From Thermoguttaceae bacterium (GTDB lineage: Bacteria > Planctomycetota > Planctomycetia > Pirellulales > Thermoguttaceae), in assembly GCA_034005525.1 (NCBI GenBank), contig JAVEUP010000021.1, positions 1,557 through 65,556 of the forward strand: 64,000 bases of DNA. The letters run 5' to 3'. The position numbers and the translations under genes were made by a program. Below are positions 40,829 through 50,653 of this stretch, in pieces (the first letter of the stretch is position 1; each line of letters opens with the position of its first letter). The notes beneath the pieces were generated by a model. The model ran no database searches and had not been told where the DNA came from. It saw only the letters and a list, made by a program, of their open reading frames with translations.

Positions 40829-41071
40829 TCATTCGCCGGCCGCCTCCGCGATGATTTCGTCGGCGTTATACTGAAATGGGGTGGTGCCGAGCCGGCTTGC
40901 GGCTTGTAGGAATTCGGCGCGCGAAAGGTCGGCGATCTCCGCCGCGCGGGCCTGCGAAACAAGCCGCAACTCGTACCATTTCACGGCGGCGGCAAGCCGC
41001 AGGTCGGCCGCGAAGCCGGATGGATCCTTTCGCATCGCCGCCAATGCACCCTCGGGCATTTCGATTGTCAT
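40829..41071 (-). CDS. UPF0175 family antitoxin-like protein, orphan
   Basis: MTIEMPEGALAAMRKDPSGFAADLRLAAAVKWYELRLVSQARAAEIADLSRAEFLQ... is typical of UPF0175. No DUF3368/PIN partner follows it. Confidence 0.65.
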   Translation of the reverse strand: MTIEMPEGALAAMRKDPSGFAADLRLAAAVKWYELRLVSQARAAEIADLSRAEFLQAASRLGTTPFQYNADEIIAEAAGE

Positions 41072-41203
41072 CCGCACCATGAGCGTGTCTCCCGCAGCAG
41101 CCGCGATCAATCCGGTTCTTGGCTTTCGCAGCCTTCCCTCCAATTATAGCAGATAGGACGGGCGGAGGTAAGGCGGCCGGCAGGCCACCCGGCGCTAGCC
41201 GAT

Positions 41204-41303
41204 CAGCTTCTCGACTGGCTCCGGGTGGAGCACGACGTAGCGAAGCCGACGCTGAAGCTCAAAACCCTCCTGAACCTCGACTGCGATGCCTTTGTGGCGG
41301 AAG
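41204..41303 (+). pseudogene. Third partial copy of the methyltransferase 3-prime region (segment upstream of the one copied at 36057)
   Basis: 41204-41235 is identical over 32 nt to 34422-34453. Looser similarity continues to 41303 / 34521 ([19 protein letters not shown]...DAFVAE). Confidence 0.6.
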
Positions 41304-41331
41304 AGCGGAAACAACCGATTGGCGTTTGCCC

Positions 41332-41478
41332 TTCGCCGGATTGCGGGGAATTGAACTCTTGCGGCTGCGAGTGAAGGACGTCGACTTCCAACGCCGGCAG
41401 TTGACGGTGCGGGACGCCAAAGGGCAGAAGGACCGGGCCACGATCCTGGGGGAGCCTTCGTCGCACGAAGCCCTTCTT
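41332..41478 (+). pseudogene. Internal fragment of a tyrosine recombinase (integron-integrase/XerD-like)
   Basis: [43 protein letters not shown] matches the conserved GLR..E.L.L...D.D.....I.V..GKG.KDR block. No N-terminal or catalytic C-terminal part is present. Confidence 0.55.
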
Positions 41479-41502
41479 GCACAGAACGTTCCGAGCCGCC
41501 AC

Positions 41503-44500
41503 TCATACCCCCACCAAAACCCCCAACGTCAAGAATGCCAGGCGGGCCGAGACCTTGCCAGGATCGAGCCGGAACTGGCGGGCGACGGCGCGGCGGTAGG
41601 CGTCGAGCTGGGGGCGATAGTGCTCCACGCGGGCGGCCAGGGCGGCGGCGTCGCCGGGGGGAAGCTGGTCGGTCTTGAAGTCGAGCACGTCGGCGCCGAC
41701 CACCTGCGGGCCGTCGTATAATACGGTCAGCCGGTCGATCGAACCGCTCAGGATCGCCCCGTCTTCGAGCAAGGCGAACGGGCGTTCTCGCCATACGCGC
41801 CAGTGCGGCGAGCCCAGCCCCGGGCCGGCGCAAGCGGCGCAGGTGCCGTCGCCAGGCTGCTTGTAGAACGCACGGCTCAGCGCGGCAGTGATTGTGGGCC
41901 GGTCCACCGCGGCGTGGAACTCGCGCTTCAACGCCGCGACGGCCGCGGCGTCGAGCGTCGAACGCTGAGCCAGTTGGTCGAGCCGGGCGTCGTCGGGCAG
42001 CCCGTCGTCGAGCCATTCGATCTGCTCGAACCAGGCGTGCATGAGGCTGCCGCGCTGGAGCGCCGGGCCGGCTTCCACGGTCAGGCTCGTAGAAAGCTTC
42101 ACCCGATGCCCTCCCTCCAAGCCCGAGGGACTGACCCGCTCCAGGCCGCGCCGCGGCTGCGAAGCCGGGGCGGCCAACTCGATGGCCAGCGGTTCGGCCG
42201 CCGCGGCTGTTGCTGCCGCCCGCCCGCGCACGATGCCCGCGGCCAGCGCCCGGGCGTACCAGTCGGCATCGCCGTGCTCGAAGGCGGCCGTTTCCGGCTC
42301 CACGCGGGCACCGTTGACCAGCGCGGCGCGGAGCACGCCCGTGGCGGTGCCGGGTAGCTTCTTCTCCTTCTCCGACGACGGCGCCACAACGCACCATAGC
42401 GAGTGGATCGGCCGCGTCAGCGCGACGTACAGAATGCAGAGCGACTCCTCGACTTTCACGCGGTCGTCGGCGTCGAACGCGTCGGCCAGCCGCTTCGGCA
42501 GCAGGCAGCGGAAGCCCTTCGGCACATAGCGGCACACCTGGTCGATCGGCTCGGCCGGCCCCGCGCGGCCGACGACCAGCGCGGACGTTTGCGGGCCGAG
42601 TTGGAAGTCGAGTTCCGGCAGTACAACGATGTCGAACTGGAGCCCCTTGACCTGGTGATAGTTCATCACGCGCACCGGCGCGGAAGTGGGCGACTCGACC
42701 CGCCGCTGCTCGACCATGACCACGAACTGGTCGGTGCGCGTGGTCGCGGCCGGCTCGTAGCCGTAGGCCAGTTCGACAAGCTGCATCAGCCGGCTGAGGT
42801 CGCGGGCATCACAATGCCCGGCAAGCTGCTCCGCCCAACCGTAAAGGGTCGGACCATAACCGGCGTCCATCAGCCGGTGCCGAATGTCGCCGGCCAGCCG
42901 CAAGGCTGCCGCGCCGTCGGCGTGATCGGTGAAGCCAATCGCCGCACCCAAGGGCGAACGGGCCACATGGAAGCGGGCGACCGTATCGCCCGGATGATCC
43001 ACCAGCCGCAGCAACGACAGCATGAGCTGCACGGCGGGCGAGTCGGTCAGCGGGTTGCCCCCCTCCTCGCTTGCGTCGACTTCCGCCTGGCGCAAGCGGT
43101 AGATCAGCCGGGCCACGGAGGCGTTCTTCCTCACCAACACGCCAATGGAGCATCCGGGCGATTCTTCGTGCAGTTGCTTCACCAGCCTTGCTGCGTAGTC
43201 GAGCGTCACGTCATTCTGCACCTGGCCCTCGGCCGCGCGCGGGGCTCCGGCCACGCGGCAGTAACCGGGCAGACCTTTGCGGGCGGTCGAGTGCTCCGTG
43301 AACCGGCCGCCCCAGGCGGCAGCCGCTTCCGGGTGGTTCTGCACGGCGACATTGCTTGCGATTCCCCGGAATACCCGGTTCACCACGTCGATCACCACGG
43401 GCGACGAGCGATAGCTGCAAGTCAGTTCGCCGGCGGTGAGTTCGGGCAGCTCGTTGTTAAGCGTATCGAAGATCTCGGCCACGCCGCCTCGCCAGCCGTA
43501 AATGGCCTGCTTCACGTCGCCCACGCAGAAGAACGACCGCCGCGGGCCGCCCCGCACGCTTTCTCGTGCGAACGGGCGCAGCACGCGCCATTGCTGCGGC
43601 GAGGTGTCCTGGAACTCGTCCAGCAGCAGGTGCGACACCGGCGCGTCGAGCCGGTACACCACCTCGTCGAGCCGCCCGGCCAGGTCGGACTGGGCCAGCA
43701 TGCGCGTGACGTCGTCGAACCGGACCGCCTGGCGGGCGAGCTTCAGCCGCCGATACGCATCGTCGAAATGCTTTAGCAGCCGGCGCGTGCCCTCCGTTTG
43801 GTTCGCAATCCGCCCGAGCACCTCGGCCTTCGCGTGGTCCATTAGCGGCCGGTACCGGGCAATGAGTTCGTCGGGGATCGGCTTGTTGTAGTAGGTCAGC
43901 GTGGAATCGAGGATTTTGGCGGCCAGGCCGCCCGCGAGGAAACCGTCCCAGTCTTCCGTGCCTGCGCGGTCGAGGTCCTTGTCGCGCGCGCCCGCCATCC
44001 GCTTGTTGCTGCTGAGGTCGAGGGCCGCGGCCGCGTCGATGGCCGCCTGGAGTTCGGCCGGCGGCAGCGGCTTGTAGCGGGGCAGGGCCTGCCATGCAGT
44101 GTCCGGCGCATCGACGTAGGCCCCGTACAGGCCGGAAACCAATCCGGCAATCTCCTCGGCCACCGACCGGGCCGCGGCGCCCTTGTGCAGCAGGTGCATC
44201 AGCTCCAGGGCGTCGGCGGTCGACTCCTGCGCGACGATCCGGCGGACCGCCTCGGCCTGCATGGCGGCGTCGTCCATCTCGTCGACGATTTGCCAGCCGG
44301 GCGGCAGCCCGAGTTCCAGCCCGAAGCTTTGGGCGATTTGCACGAAGAAGCTGTCGAGCGTACCCACGCGCAGCCGGTGGAGGCGGCGGACCATGGCGGC
44401 CACCAGCCGCAGGCAGTTCTCGCGGTTGAGCTTGCCGCCTTCGACGTGCTTGTTGAGTTCGGCTAGCTTCTTCGCGTCGAGTGCGGCGGTCGCCAGCCGG

Positions 44501-44673
44501 GTGAGCACTCGGTTGAGGATTTCGCCCGCCGCCTTGCGCGTGAACGTGCTGGCCAGAATGGCGTCGAGCGGCTCGCCAGCCGCCGCCAGCCCAATGAACC
44601 GGTTGCTAAGCTGGAACGTCTTGCCCGTACCGGCCGACGCGCGAATGACCAGGTTGGAGAAGCGATGGCTCAT
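41503..44673 (-). CDS. addA: AddA/RecB-type UvrD-family helicase with a C-terminal PD-(D/E)xK nuclease
   Basis: Walker [12 protein letters not shown], UvrD-like helicase blocks, and C-terminal GSIDRL...[10 protein letters not shown]...QLDAY. Confidence 0.85.
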   Translation of the reverse strand: MSHRFSNLVIRASAGTGKTFQLSNRFIGLAAAGEPLDAILASTFTRKAAGEILNRVLTRLATAALDAKKLAELNKHVEGGKLNRENCLRLVAAMVRRLHRLRVGTLDSFFVQIAQSFGLELGLPPGWQIVDEMDDAAMQAEAVRRIVAQESTADALELMHLLHKGAAARSVAEEIAGLVSGLYGAYVDAPDTAWQALPRYKPLPPAELQAAIDAAAALDLSSNKRMAGARDKDLDRAGTEDWDGFLAGGLAAKILDSTLTYYNKPIPDELIARYRPLMDHAKAEVLGRIANQTEGTRRLLKHFDDAYRRLKLARQAVRFDDVTRMLAQSDLAGRLDEVVYRLDAPVSHLLLDEFQDTSPQQWRVLRPFARESVRGGPRRSFFCVGDVKQAIYGWRGGVAEIFDTLNNELPELTAGELTCSYRSSPVVIDVVNRVFRGIASNVAVQNHPEAAAAWGGRFTEHSTARKGLPGYCRVAGAPRAAEGQVQNDVTLDYAARLVKQLHEESPGCSIGVLVRKNASVARLIYRLRQAEVDASEEGGNPLTDSPAVQLMLSLLRLVDHPGDTVARFHVARSPLGAAIGFTDHADGAAALRLAGDIRHRLMDAGYGPTLYGWAEQLAGHCDARDLSRLMQLVELAYGYEPAATTRTDQFVVMVEQRRVESPTSAPVRVMNYHQVKGLQFDIVVLPELDFQLGPQTSALVVGRAGPAEPIDQVCRYVPKGFRCLLPKRLADAFDADDRVKVEESLCILYVALTRPIHSLWCVVAPSSEKEKKLPGTATGVLRAALVNGARVEPETAAFEHGDADWYARALAAGIVRGRAAATAAAAEPLAIELAAPASQPRRGLERVSPSGLEGGHRVKLSTSLTVEAGPALQRGSLMHAWFEQIEWLDDGLPDDARLDQLAQRSTLDAAAVAALKREFHAAVDRPTITAALSRAFYKQPGDGTCAACAGPGLGSPHWRVWRERPFALLEDGAILSGSIDRLTVLYDGPQVVGADVLDFKTDQLPPGDAAALAARVEHYRPQLDAYRRAVARQFRLDPGKVSARLAFLTLGVLVGV

Positions 44674-44761
44674 GCTGCCCCTTCGCTATTTCAAGCTCTT
44701 GCCCGGAATCCCCGGCGCCCGTCCCCGCTGCTCAGGGCGCGATCAGAAACAACTTGAGCAA

Positions 44762-44802
44762 ATTGTATTAGGCACACGCCGTGTGCCTACTACACTGCAA
44801 TT
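44762..44802. repeat. Palindrome GTATTAGGCACACG/CGTGTGCCTACTAC in the addA leader; a half-copy lies at 31305-31331
   Basis: The 14-nt arms have one mismatch (44765-44793). The related ATTGTAGTAGGCACACGCCGCTGTGCC lies 58 nt upstream of the methyltransferase ATG. Confidence 0.6.
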
Positions 44803-44828
44803 GACCAACTCATTGGCGTCCCCGCCGC

Positions 44829-45860
44829 TCAGCCGCACCAGGGCCGCTCGCGGTTGCCGGCCTTTTCCAGGGCGTGGATGGCAGTGCGCACGTCGGCTTC
44901 GACCTGGAAGTCGAACATGCCTGCAAGAACGAAGTCGGCTCCGGCGCGGAACGCGTCGGTGAAGGCCCTTCGTGGCGCAATCGCCCCGGCTGCCATGACC
45001 TTAAAGGCGACCCAAGGCTTCTCGACCTTCGCCATGAACTCAGCCGTTTCCTGCGGGTTGTTGCACCACATGTTGTCGTGGTTGGTGTTGCGATCCAACG
45101 ACCAGCCGCCCATCCAGTCGTATTCGCGGCGGTGGTCCTCGGGTGTGGCCGACCAGTAGGCATCGCCGTGGTAGGTCTTCACGTAGAAGTCGGCGCCCAC
45201 CTTATCGCGCTCACAAGCTATTGGCATGTTCAGCGAATGGCCGCCCACGCCTGCCGGCAGTCCTTCGGCCTGGATCAACTCGACCATCTGGGCAATGATG
45301 TCGGTGCTGCCGCCTTTCATCATGTGGCTGTCGGTCACTCCGCCGTGGGAATAGATGAACGTCGCGCCCAGGTCGACCTGCCGCTTGATTTCCTCGGCCA
45401 TCTTGGCCTTGTCGGCCATCAACGTGACGCACGGCATCGTCTGGATCTTCTGGCTGCGGCTCTCGTTGTATTTCAAGACTGTCGGCCAGCACCGCGGGTC
45501 GAGTTGAATCGTGTTGATCCCGCAGGCCAGGCAAAGATCGAGCGTTTCGAACACCTTGTCTTCGGTGTTGTAGGCCATGAATAACTTCGAGGCATACATC
45601 AGATCGCGGCTATGAGCCCAGCCCCCGATCAGGTTCCCGCCGATCAATAGCCGGCTGAGCGAGACGTCGCCGATCTTTCCACACGGCAGGCTGCCGGGCG
45701 CAATGCTGGTCTGTGGGTTCCCTTGCTCGTCCTTGGCCGAATCATCGTTGATCGCAGCCCGGAGCGTGTTCTCCTCAATGCTTGTGTAAGCCGCGGCCAC
45801 ACCGGCGGCTCCCGCGATACCGCGGGCGAGAAAGCAACGGCGGTCGGTCTTTATTGTCAT
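44829..45860 (-). CDS. Hypothetical Tat-signal protein (family not recognised)
   Basis: Start at the internal ATG at 45860 gives MTIKTDRRCFLARGIAGAAGVAAA. 343-aa ORF between addB and addA on the same strand. Confidence 0.7.
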   Translation of the reverse strand: MTIKTDRRCFLARGIAGAAGVAAAYTSIEENTLRAAINDDSAKDEQGNPQTSIAPGSLPCGKIGDVSLSRLLIGGNLIGGWAHSRDLMYASKLFMAYNTEDKVFETLDLCLACGINTIQLDPRCWPTVLKYNESRSQKIQTMPCVTLMADKAKMAEEIKRQVDLGATFIYSHGGVTDSHMMKGGSTDIIAQMVELIQAEGLPAGVGGHSLNMPIACERDKVGADFYVKTYHGDAYWSATPEDHRREYDWMGGWSLDRNTNHDNMWCNNPQETAEFMAKVEKPWVAFKVMAAGAIAPRRAFTDAFRAGADFVLAGMFDFQVEADVRTAIHALEKAGNRERPWCG

Positions 45861-46076
45861 GACAGGTAACCTCGAAACGGGGGTGGGATTGCGGGACTTG
45901 CTTTGCCAAACCTGTATTATTGTCAAATCGTGGCGAGTTCCGCTACCCTTCGTTTGGACAGGGCCGCTTCGGGTCGCAGAAGTACTGCTAAGTATCTATC
46001 TGGACAAGAGTTAGGGGCAGATCCCGGATTCGCCATCGCTTGAGGAGCAGAGAATGATTATTCCTGCTTGCTTGGC

Positions 46077-46167
46077 CTGCTGACAAGCTGGAAGCTTATC
46101 CCACGGGCCAATGGTTGGTCGGCAAGGGCGTTTTCACTGCTGACAAGCTGGAAGCTTATCCCACGGG
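46077..46167. repeat. Two exact 31-bp direct repeats spaced 60 bp start to start, abutting the addB stop codon
   Basis: CTGCTGACAAGCTGGAAGCTTATCCCACGGG occurs at 46077-46107 and 46137-46167. The addB stop is at 46169-46171. Confidence 0.8.
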
Positions 46168-46168
46168 G

Positions 46169-49108
46169 TCATGCGGCGTCGCCTTCCGCCTCGGCCAGTT
46201 CGGCGCCGTACTGCCCGTCTTGGCAGATGGCGGCGAGGTCCTCGGAAAAGGCGGGCGGTGGCGAGGTGGGCGGCCAGAACACGCCGGCACGCACTCCGCG
46301 AATCACGTCGGCCGCGGCGGCATCGGCCTCCGCCAGGTCGGCGTCGGTCCATTCGGCCGGAAGGATGCCCACGGCGTTGGTGTCTTTCGGCAGGGCGATG
46401 TACGCCAGCCGGACCGAATCGCTGATGCCCAGCCCCTTGACCAAGTGCCGGTACAGGGGCAGTTGCAGGTCGATCCACTCGCCCTGCTTTCGATGCGTCT
46501 TCTCCGGGGCGCGGGCGCTCTCGGAAGTCTTGTAGTCGAAGACGATGTACTCTTTGGCGGCCGGGTTGAAGTCGATCCGGTCGATTCGGCCGCGAAGCTG
46601 CATGGGCGTCCCGTCTACGATGAGTACGGCCGTGCCCGGCTCGGGCGATGCTTCAGCATGCTGGATGCGCCAACCCTCCGCAGCCCACCCGGCCTGCCAG
46701 CGGGCGAATGCCCGGAGTCGCCACCGCAACTGCTCGATTTGCACGCGCACCGCAGGCAGCGCCGCCGGCCCGAACCGCGCGTCGGCCAGCCGGTCCAGCG
46801 CCGCGCCCAGGTGGGCCTCGATCTCCTCGGCATCGGTCGAATGGACCGCGGGCGAGCGGGCGAACTCGTGCAGCACGTCGTGCGCCAGCGAGCCGAACCC
46901 GCCGCCGTCCAACTCCTGCGCCGTGTCGGCCAGCGATTCGAGCTTCAGCCGGTGGCGAAGGTAATAGCGGTAGGGGCAGGCAAGATAGTCGCGGAACTCG
47001 GTGACGCGCATCGACGTGACCGGCTCGGGCAGCGGGTCGGGCTTCGGAACGGGCAATGCCGACGCCGCTTGTCCCGCCCGAAGCGCGCCGTGCGCGGCCG
47101 GACCGATTGTCGCTTCCGATTCGGCGAAGAACCGGCCCGCCCTGCGGGCAGCCGTCTCGTCGTCGCAGGCGAACAGCAGCCGGCTGGGCGCGAGCGGATC
47201 GCCCACAGCGCTGCGCCGGCCCGTCACCAGGGCAAGCCGCTCGCGCGAGGCGGCCAGCACGCTTAGAACATACGCATCGCGGGCGTAGCGGCGGTCGTTG
47301 TCCATGATGCCCAACGCACGCCGAAGCTGGTTCGGCAGGAACAGGTCGGCGTTGATCGCGTCGGGCACGGCCCCCTCGTTGAATCCGGTAACGATCAGGG
47401 CCGGCGCGTCGTCCAGCGGCAAATCGAGCCAGCCGAGCATTTCCACCGCCCCGCGTTCGGGCGCGGCGCTGATACGATCGGCCTCCAACTGGCCCAGGAG
47501 CATGTGCAGGGCCTCGGGCGCGGCAACCTGACCGGCCACCGCATCGGCCAGCCGGCTGGGGATGCCGGCATTCTCCCGGGCCGCGTCGCGAATCAGTTCA
47601 CATGCCCGCAGAATACTGCGGTCCGGTTCGCGGCGGCGGTCGAGCGGCCGGCAGCCGAACACGGCGGCCAGCAGTTCGAGCACCGGCTTTCCCCAGTCGG
47701 CGAGCGTGTGCTTATCAGCCAGCGGGCCCAGCAACCGCTCGACGGCAGCGTGCAGTTGGGCGACGACGTGCTCGTAGGGTGGGTCAAGGTCGCTTGAGTT
47801 CTTGGTGGGTCGCTGCAAACTGCTTCCGTCCCCATTCTCGCGTTGTGGGTCTGAACTGCGTTGGCCAAGCGACCGACGACCCACCGCGGATGCCGCTTGC
47901 CGGCCCCAGCCCACAGGCGATCCCGACTTGTCCAGCCGGGCCGGCAGACGTTCGCCCTGGTAGGCGTCCAGCCGGCTCAGCCAATCGCCCCGAATGCCCT
48001 GCTGTACGACCCAGTCGGCCAGGGCCGGGTGGCGGACCAGGGCAGCAAGAGCAGCGAACGAACGCGAAGTAAGATACTCGGCCACGGCCGTGAGCAGCCG
48101 GCAGGGCGACGACTGCGCGACCGGCCGGCCCACGCCGTACCGGGCGGGAACGCCGCATGCGGTGAGCAGTTGCTGAAGCTGCGGAACCAACTCGTCGGCC
48201 ACCCGGTCGGGCACGCCAATGGTGATTTGCTCGGCCGGGTACCGTGCGCCGAGTCCGGCAAGCCACCGGCCCACCGCGGCGGCCTGCCCGGCCGGATCGT
48301 CGGCCTGGACAATCTGCTCGTCGCTGAAGTCGATGGGCGCTTCGAGCCAGGCATCGGGCTTCAGGCACCCGTGCTCGTCAAAGCGGTCGGCGAGCGACTC
48401 CGGGGCGAACACCAAGGCAGTCACATGGTCTGCCACCTGATCGAGCATGAGCCGCTGCTGACGGTTCAAGTCGGCCGTACCTACCAGGAGGATCGGCCGG
48501 TCGGTCATACATTCGTTGTCGCGAATGGCCACTCGGCGGGCCGTCTGCTGGTCCCAGAGCCCGAGGGAATCGAGGATGCCCAGGTAGCGCTTCTGCACCT
48601 GCACCAGCGCCTGCCATCGGGGCGTTTCCCGAAAGCCGTCCACGGCCGCACCCGCTTCGACCACGTCACTGAAATTGACGTTCTCGCGGGCCAATTCGCG
48701 GTGCAGGCCGGCCAGCATCGCACCCAGGGCAAGCCATGCCGGGAAGTCGTCGTCGGCCGGCAGCGACGGAATCAGGCGCTCGACTACGGCCGGCTCGCTG
48801 CCGCGCAAGGCATCGATCCAGGCAAGCTGTTGCGTCAAATCGTCGGCAAAGGGACGCTTGGCCTGATACAGCTTTTCGGGCAGGTTGCCGACGGTGACAA
48901 TTTCCGGCGGGCAAAGCGGCACCCGGTCGGCTTCGGCCCGGGCTACCAGCAGTTCGAGTACACGGCGTCCCGCGCGACTGGTCGGAACGGCCAGCACGAT
49001 GCCCGCCAGGTCGAGCCCGTCGGGCGTGCCGAAATGCTCCACCAGATAATCCACGGCTACCTGAAGGCCCGGACGCTGGAAATCGCGGAATTGGCTGTGG
49101 ATGGGCAT
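46169..49108 (-). CDS. addB: AddB-like PD-(D/E)xK nuclease family protein
   Basis: Start at the internal ATG at 49108. Degenerate N-terminal helicase-like region. C-terminal YLACPYRYY and GRIDRIDF...EYIVFDYKTSE nuclease motifs. Only two Cys in the nuclease region (LACPYRYY and AAICQ), so no four-Cys Fe-S pattern. Confidence 0.7.
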   Translation of the reverse strand: MPIHSQFRDFQRPGLQVAVDYLVEHFGTPDGLDLAGIVLAVPTSRAGRRVLELLVARAEADRVPLCPPEIVTVGNLPEKLYQAKRPFADDLTQQLAWIDALRGSEPAVVERLIPSLPADDDFPAWLALGAMLAGLHRELARENVNFSDVVEAGAAVDGFRETPRWQALVQVQKRYLGILDSLGLWDQQTARRVAIRDNECMTDRPILLVGTADLNRQQRLMLDQVADHVTALVFAPESLADRFDEHGCLKPDAWLEAPIDFSDEQIVQADDPAGQAAAVGRWLAGLGARYPAEQITIGVPDRVADELVPQLQQLLTACGVPARYGVGRPVAQSSPCRLLTAVAEYLTSRSFAALAALVRHPALADWVVQQGIRGDWLSRLDAYQGERLPARLDKSGSPVGWGRQAASAVGRRSLGQRSSDPQRENGDGSSLQRPTKNSSDLDPPYEHVVAQLHAAVERLLGPLADKHTLADWGKPVLELLAAVFGCRPLDRRREPDRSILRACELIRDAARENAGIPSRLADAVAGQVAAPEALHMLLGQLEADRISAAPERGAVEMLGWLDLPLDDAPALIVTGFNEGAVPDAINADLFLPNQLRRALGIMDNDRRYARDAYVLSVLAASRERLALVTGRRSAVGDPLAPSRLLFACDDETAARRAGRFFAESEATIGPAAHGALRAGQAASALPVPKPDPLPEPVTSMRVTEFRDYLACPYRYYLRHRLKLESLADTAQELDGGGFGSLAHDVLHEFARSPAVHSTDAEEIEAHLGAALDRLADARFGPAALPAVRVQIEQLRWRLRAFARWQAGWAAEGWRIQHAEASPEPGTAVLIVDGTPMQLRGRIDRIDFNPAAKEYIVFDYKTSESARAPEKTHRKQGEWIDLQLPLYRHLVKGLGISDSVRLAYIALPKDTNAVGILPAEWTDADLAEADAAAADVIRGVRAGVFWPPTSPPPAFSEDLAAICQDGQYGAELAEAEGDAA

Positions 49109-49294
49109 GGACGCTTCGTGCGTGGAAGAACCCGACTGGGCTGAACCTACGCATTGTAGGGGATCGGAGAGGCTGCAACAAGCCAGCCGCTCTTGGCTCC
49201 ACGCTTTTGGGTCCCGACTCGACAAATGCGTTGCCGGTGATTAAATTAGAGGTTTCCGTAACTTGGGGGTCCAACGAGAAAGGGAGCAACTGCA

Positions 49295-50653
49295 ATGTGT
49301 GCGAAGCGGATTCTGCTGGCTGAGAACGATATGCCGAAGGCGTGGTACAATCTGGCGGCCGACCTGCCCAAGCCGGTCCCACCGCCACGGCATCCGCAAA
49401 CGCACGAGCCGGTCCCCCCCGAGGCGTTGGAGCCCATCTTTGCCAAGGCCCTGATCGAGCAGGAAGTGAGCCAGGAGCGGTGGATCGAGATTCCCGAGCC
49501 GGTCAGGCGAGTTCTGGCCATCTGGCGGCCCTCGCCGCTGGTGCGGGCCGAGAACCTGGAAAAGGCCCTGAAGACCCCTGCACGCATCTACTTCAAGGAC
49601 GAAAGCCACAGTCCGCCGGGCAGCCATAAGCCCAATACAGCCGTTGCCCAGGCCTATTACAACAAGATGGAAGGGATCAACCTGCTGACCACCGAGACCG
49701 GGGCCGGGCAGTGGGGCAGTGCGCTGGCCTTCTCGTGTGCCCAGTTCGACATGCACTGCAAGGTATTCATGGTCAAAATCAGCTACCAGCAGAAACCCTA
49801 CCGCCGGTCCATGATGCATGCCTGGGGTGCCGAAGTCGTGGCCAGTCCGTCGGAGGACACGCAGGCGGGCCGGCAGATCCTCGCCAAGGACCCCGACTGC
49901 CCCGGGGCTTTGGGCATTGCCATCAGCGAGGCCGTCGAGGCCGCGGTCATGCGCGACGACACGAAGTACACCCTCGGAAGCGTGCTCAACCACGTCATGC
50001 TGCACCAGTCGGTCATTGGACTCGAAGCGGAAAAGCAGTTCGAGTTGGCCGAGGATTATCCCGACGTCGTGATCGGCTGCGTGGGCGGCGGGAGCAACTT
50101 CGCCGGCCTGGCCTTCCCCTTCCTGCGGCATAAGATTGCCGGCCGGGACACGCGGTTCATCGCGTGCGAACCGCATAGCTGCCCGTCGATGAGCCGCGGG
50201 CAATATCGCTACGACTTTGGCGACACGACCATGCTCACGCCGCTGATGAAGATGTTCACGCTCGGCCACAGCTTCGTGCCGCCGGGAATCCATGCCGGCG
50301 GGCTGCGGTATCACGGCATGGCACCTATGGTGAGCCTCGGCGCCGAGCTGGGCCTGATCGAGCCGGCGGCCTTTCATCAGCTTGAGTGCTTCAAGGCCGC
50401 CATTCTGTTTGCCAAGACCGAGGGCATCATCGTGGCCCCGGAAACTTCGCACGCGGTTCGCTGTGCCGTGGTCGAAGCCGAGCGATGCCGGGAGACAGGC
50501 GAAGAGAAGTGCATCGTGTTCAATCTATCGGGACACGGCATTTGCGACCTCGGCTCCTACGACCGCTACTTCAGCGGCGAGCTGGAGGACTATGCCTATC
50601 CGCAAGAGAACATCGAAGCGGCCATTGCAGAATTGCCGGCGGTTGAGGGGTAG
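49295..50653 (+). CDS. TrpB-like pyridoxal-phosphate-dependent enzyme (TrpB2 clade)
   Basis: 452 aa. The N-terminal [18 protein letters not shown] extension is typical of TrpB2, followed by PLP-fold blocks. Confidence 0.85.
   Translation: MCAKRILLAENDMPKAWYNLAADLPKPVPPPRHPQTHEPVPPEALEPIFAKALIEQEVSQERWIEIPEPVRRVLAIWRPSPLVRAENLEKALKTPARIYFKDESHSPPGSHKPNTAVAQAYYNKMEGINLLTTETGAGQWGSALAFSCAQFDMHCKVFMVKISYQQKPYRRSMMHAWGAEVVASPSEDTQAGRQILAKDPDCPGALGIAISEAVEAAVMRDDTKYTLGSVLNHVMLHQSVIGLEAEKQFELAEDYPDVVIGCVGGGSNFAGLAFPFLRHKIAGRDTRFIACEPHSCPSMSRGQYRYDFGDTTMLTPLMKMFTLGHSFVPPGIHAGGLRYHGMAPMVSLGAELGLIEPAAFHQLECFKAAILFAKTEGIIVAPETSHAVRCAVVEAERCRETGEEKCIVFNLSGHGICDLGSYDRYFSGELEDYAYPQENIEAAIAELPAVEG

Noticed and set aside
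34755-41502. Interpretation of the island as a chromosomal integron cassette array
   Set aside because: Only a ~49-codon internal integrase fragment is present. I could not recognise attI/attC sites (R''/L''-L'/R' cores), and the gene orientations are mixed. I left it as a possibility inside the mosaic-island finding.
41195-42535. 446-aa minus-strand ORF overlapping the addA 3-prime end
   Set aside because: It is an Arg/Pro/Gly-rich alternative frame of addA. Its tail only reflects the reverse complement of the methyltransferase fragment.
46068-46535. 155-aa plus-strand ORF spanning the 31-bp repeats
   Set aside because: It is antisense to the addB 3-prime end, and its repeat-derived N-terminus (LLTSWKLIPR twice) is an artefact of the direct repeats.
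49241-50452. 403-aa minus-strand ORF
   Set aside because: It is antisense to the trpB2-like gene, which has clear PLP-enzyme features.
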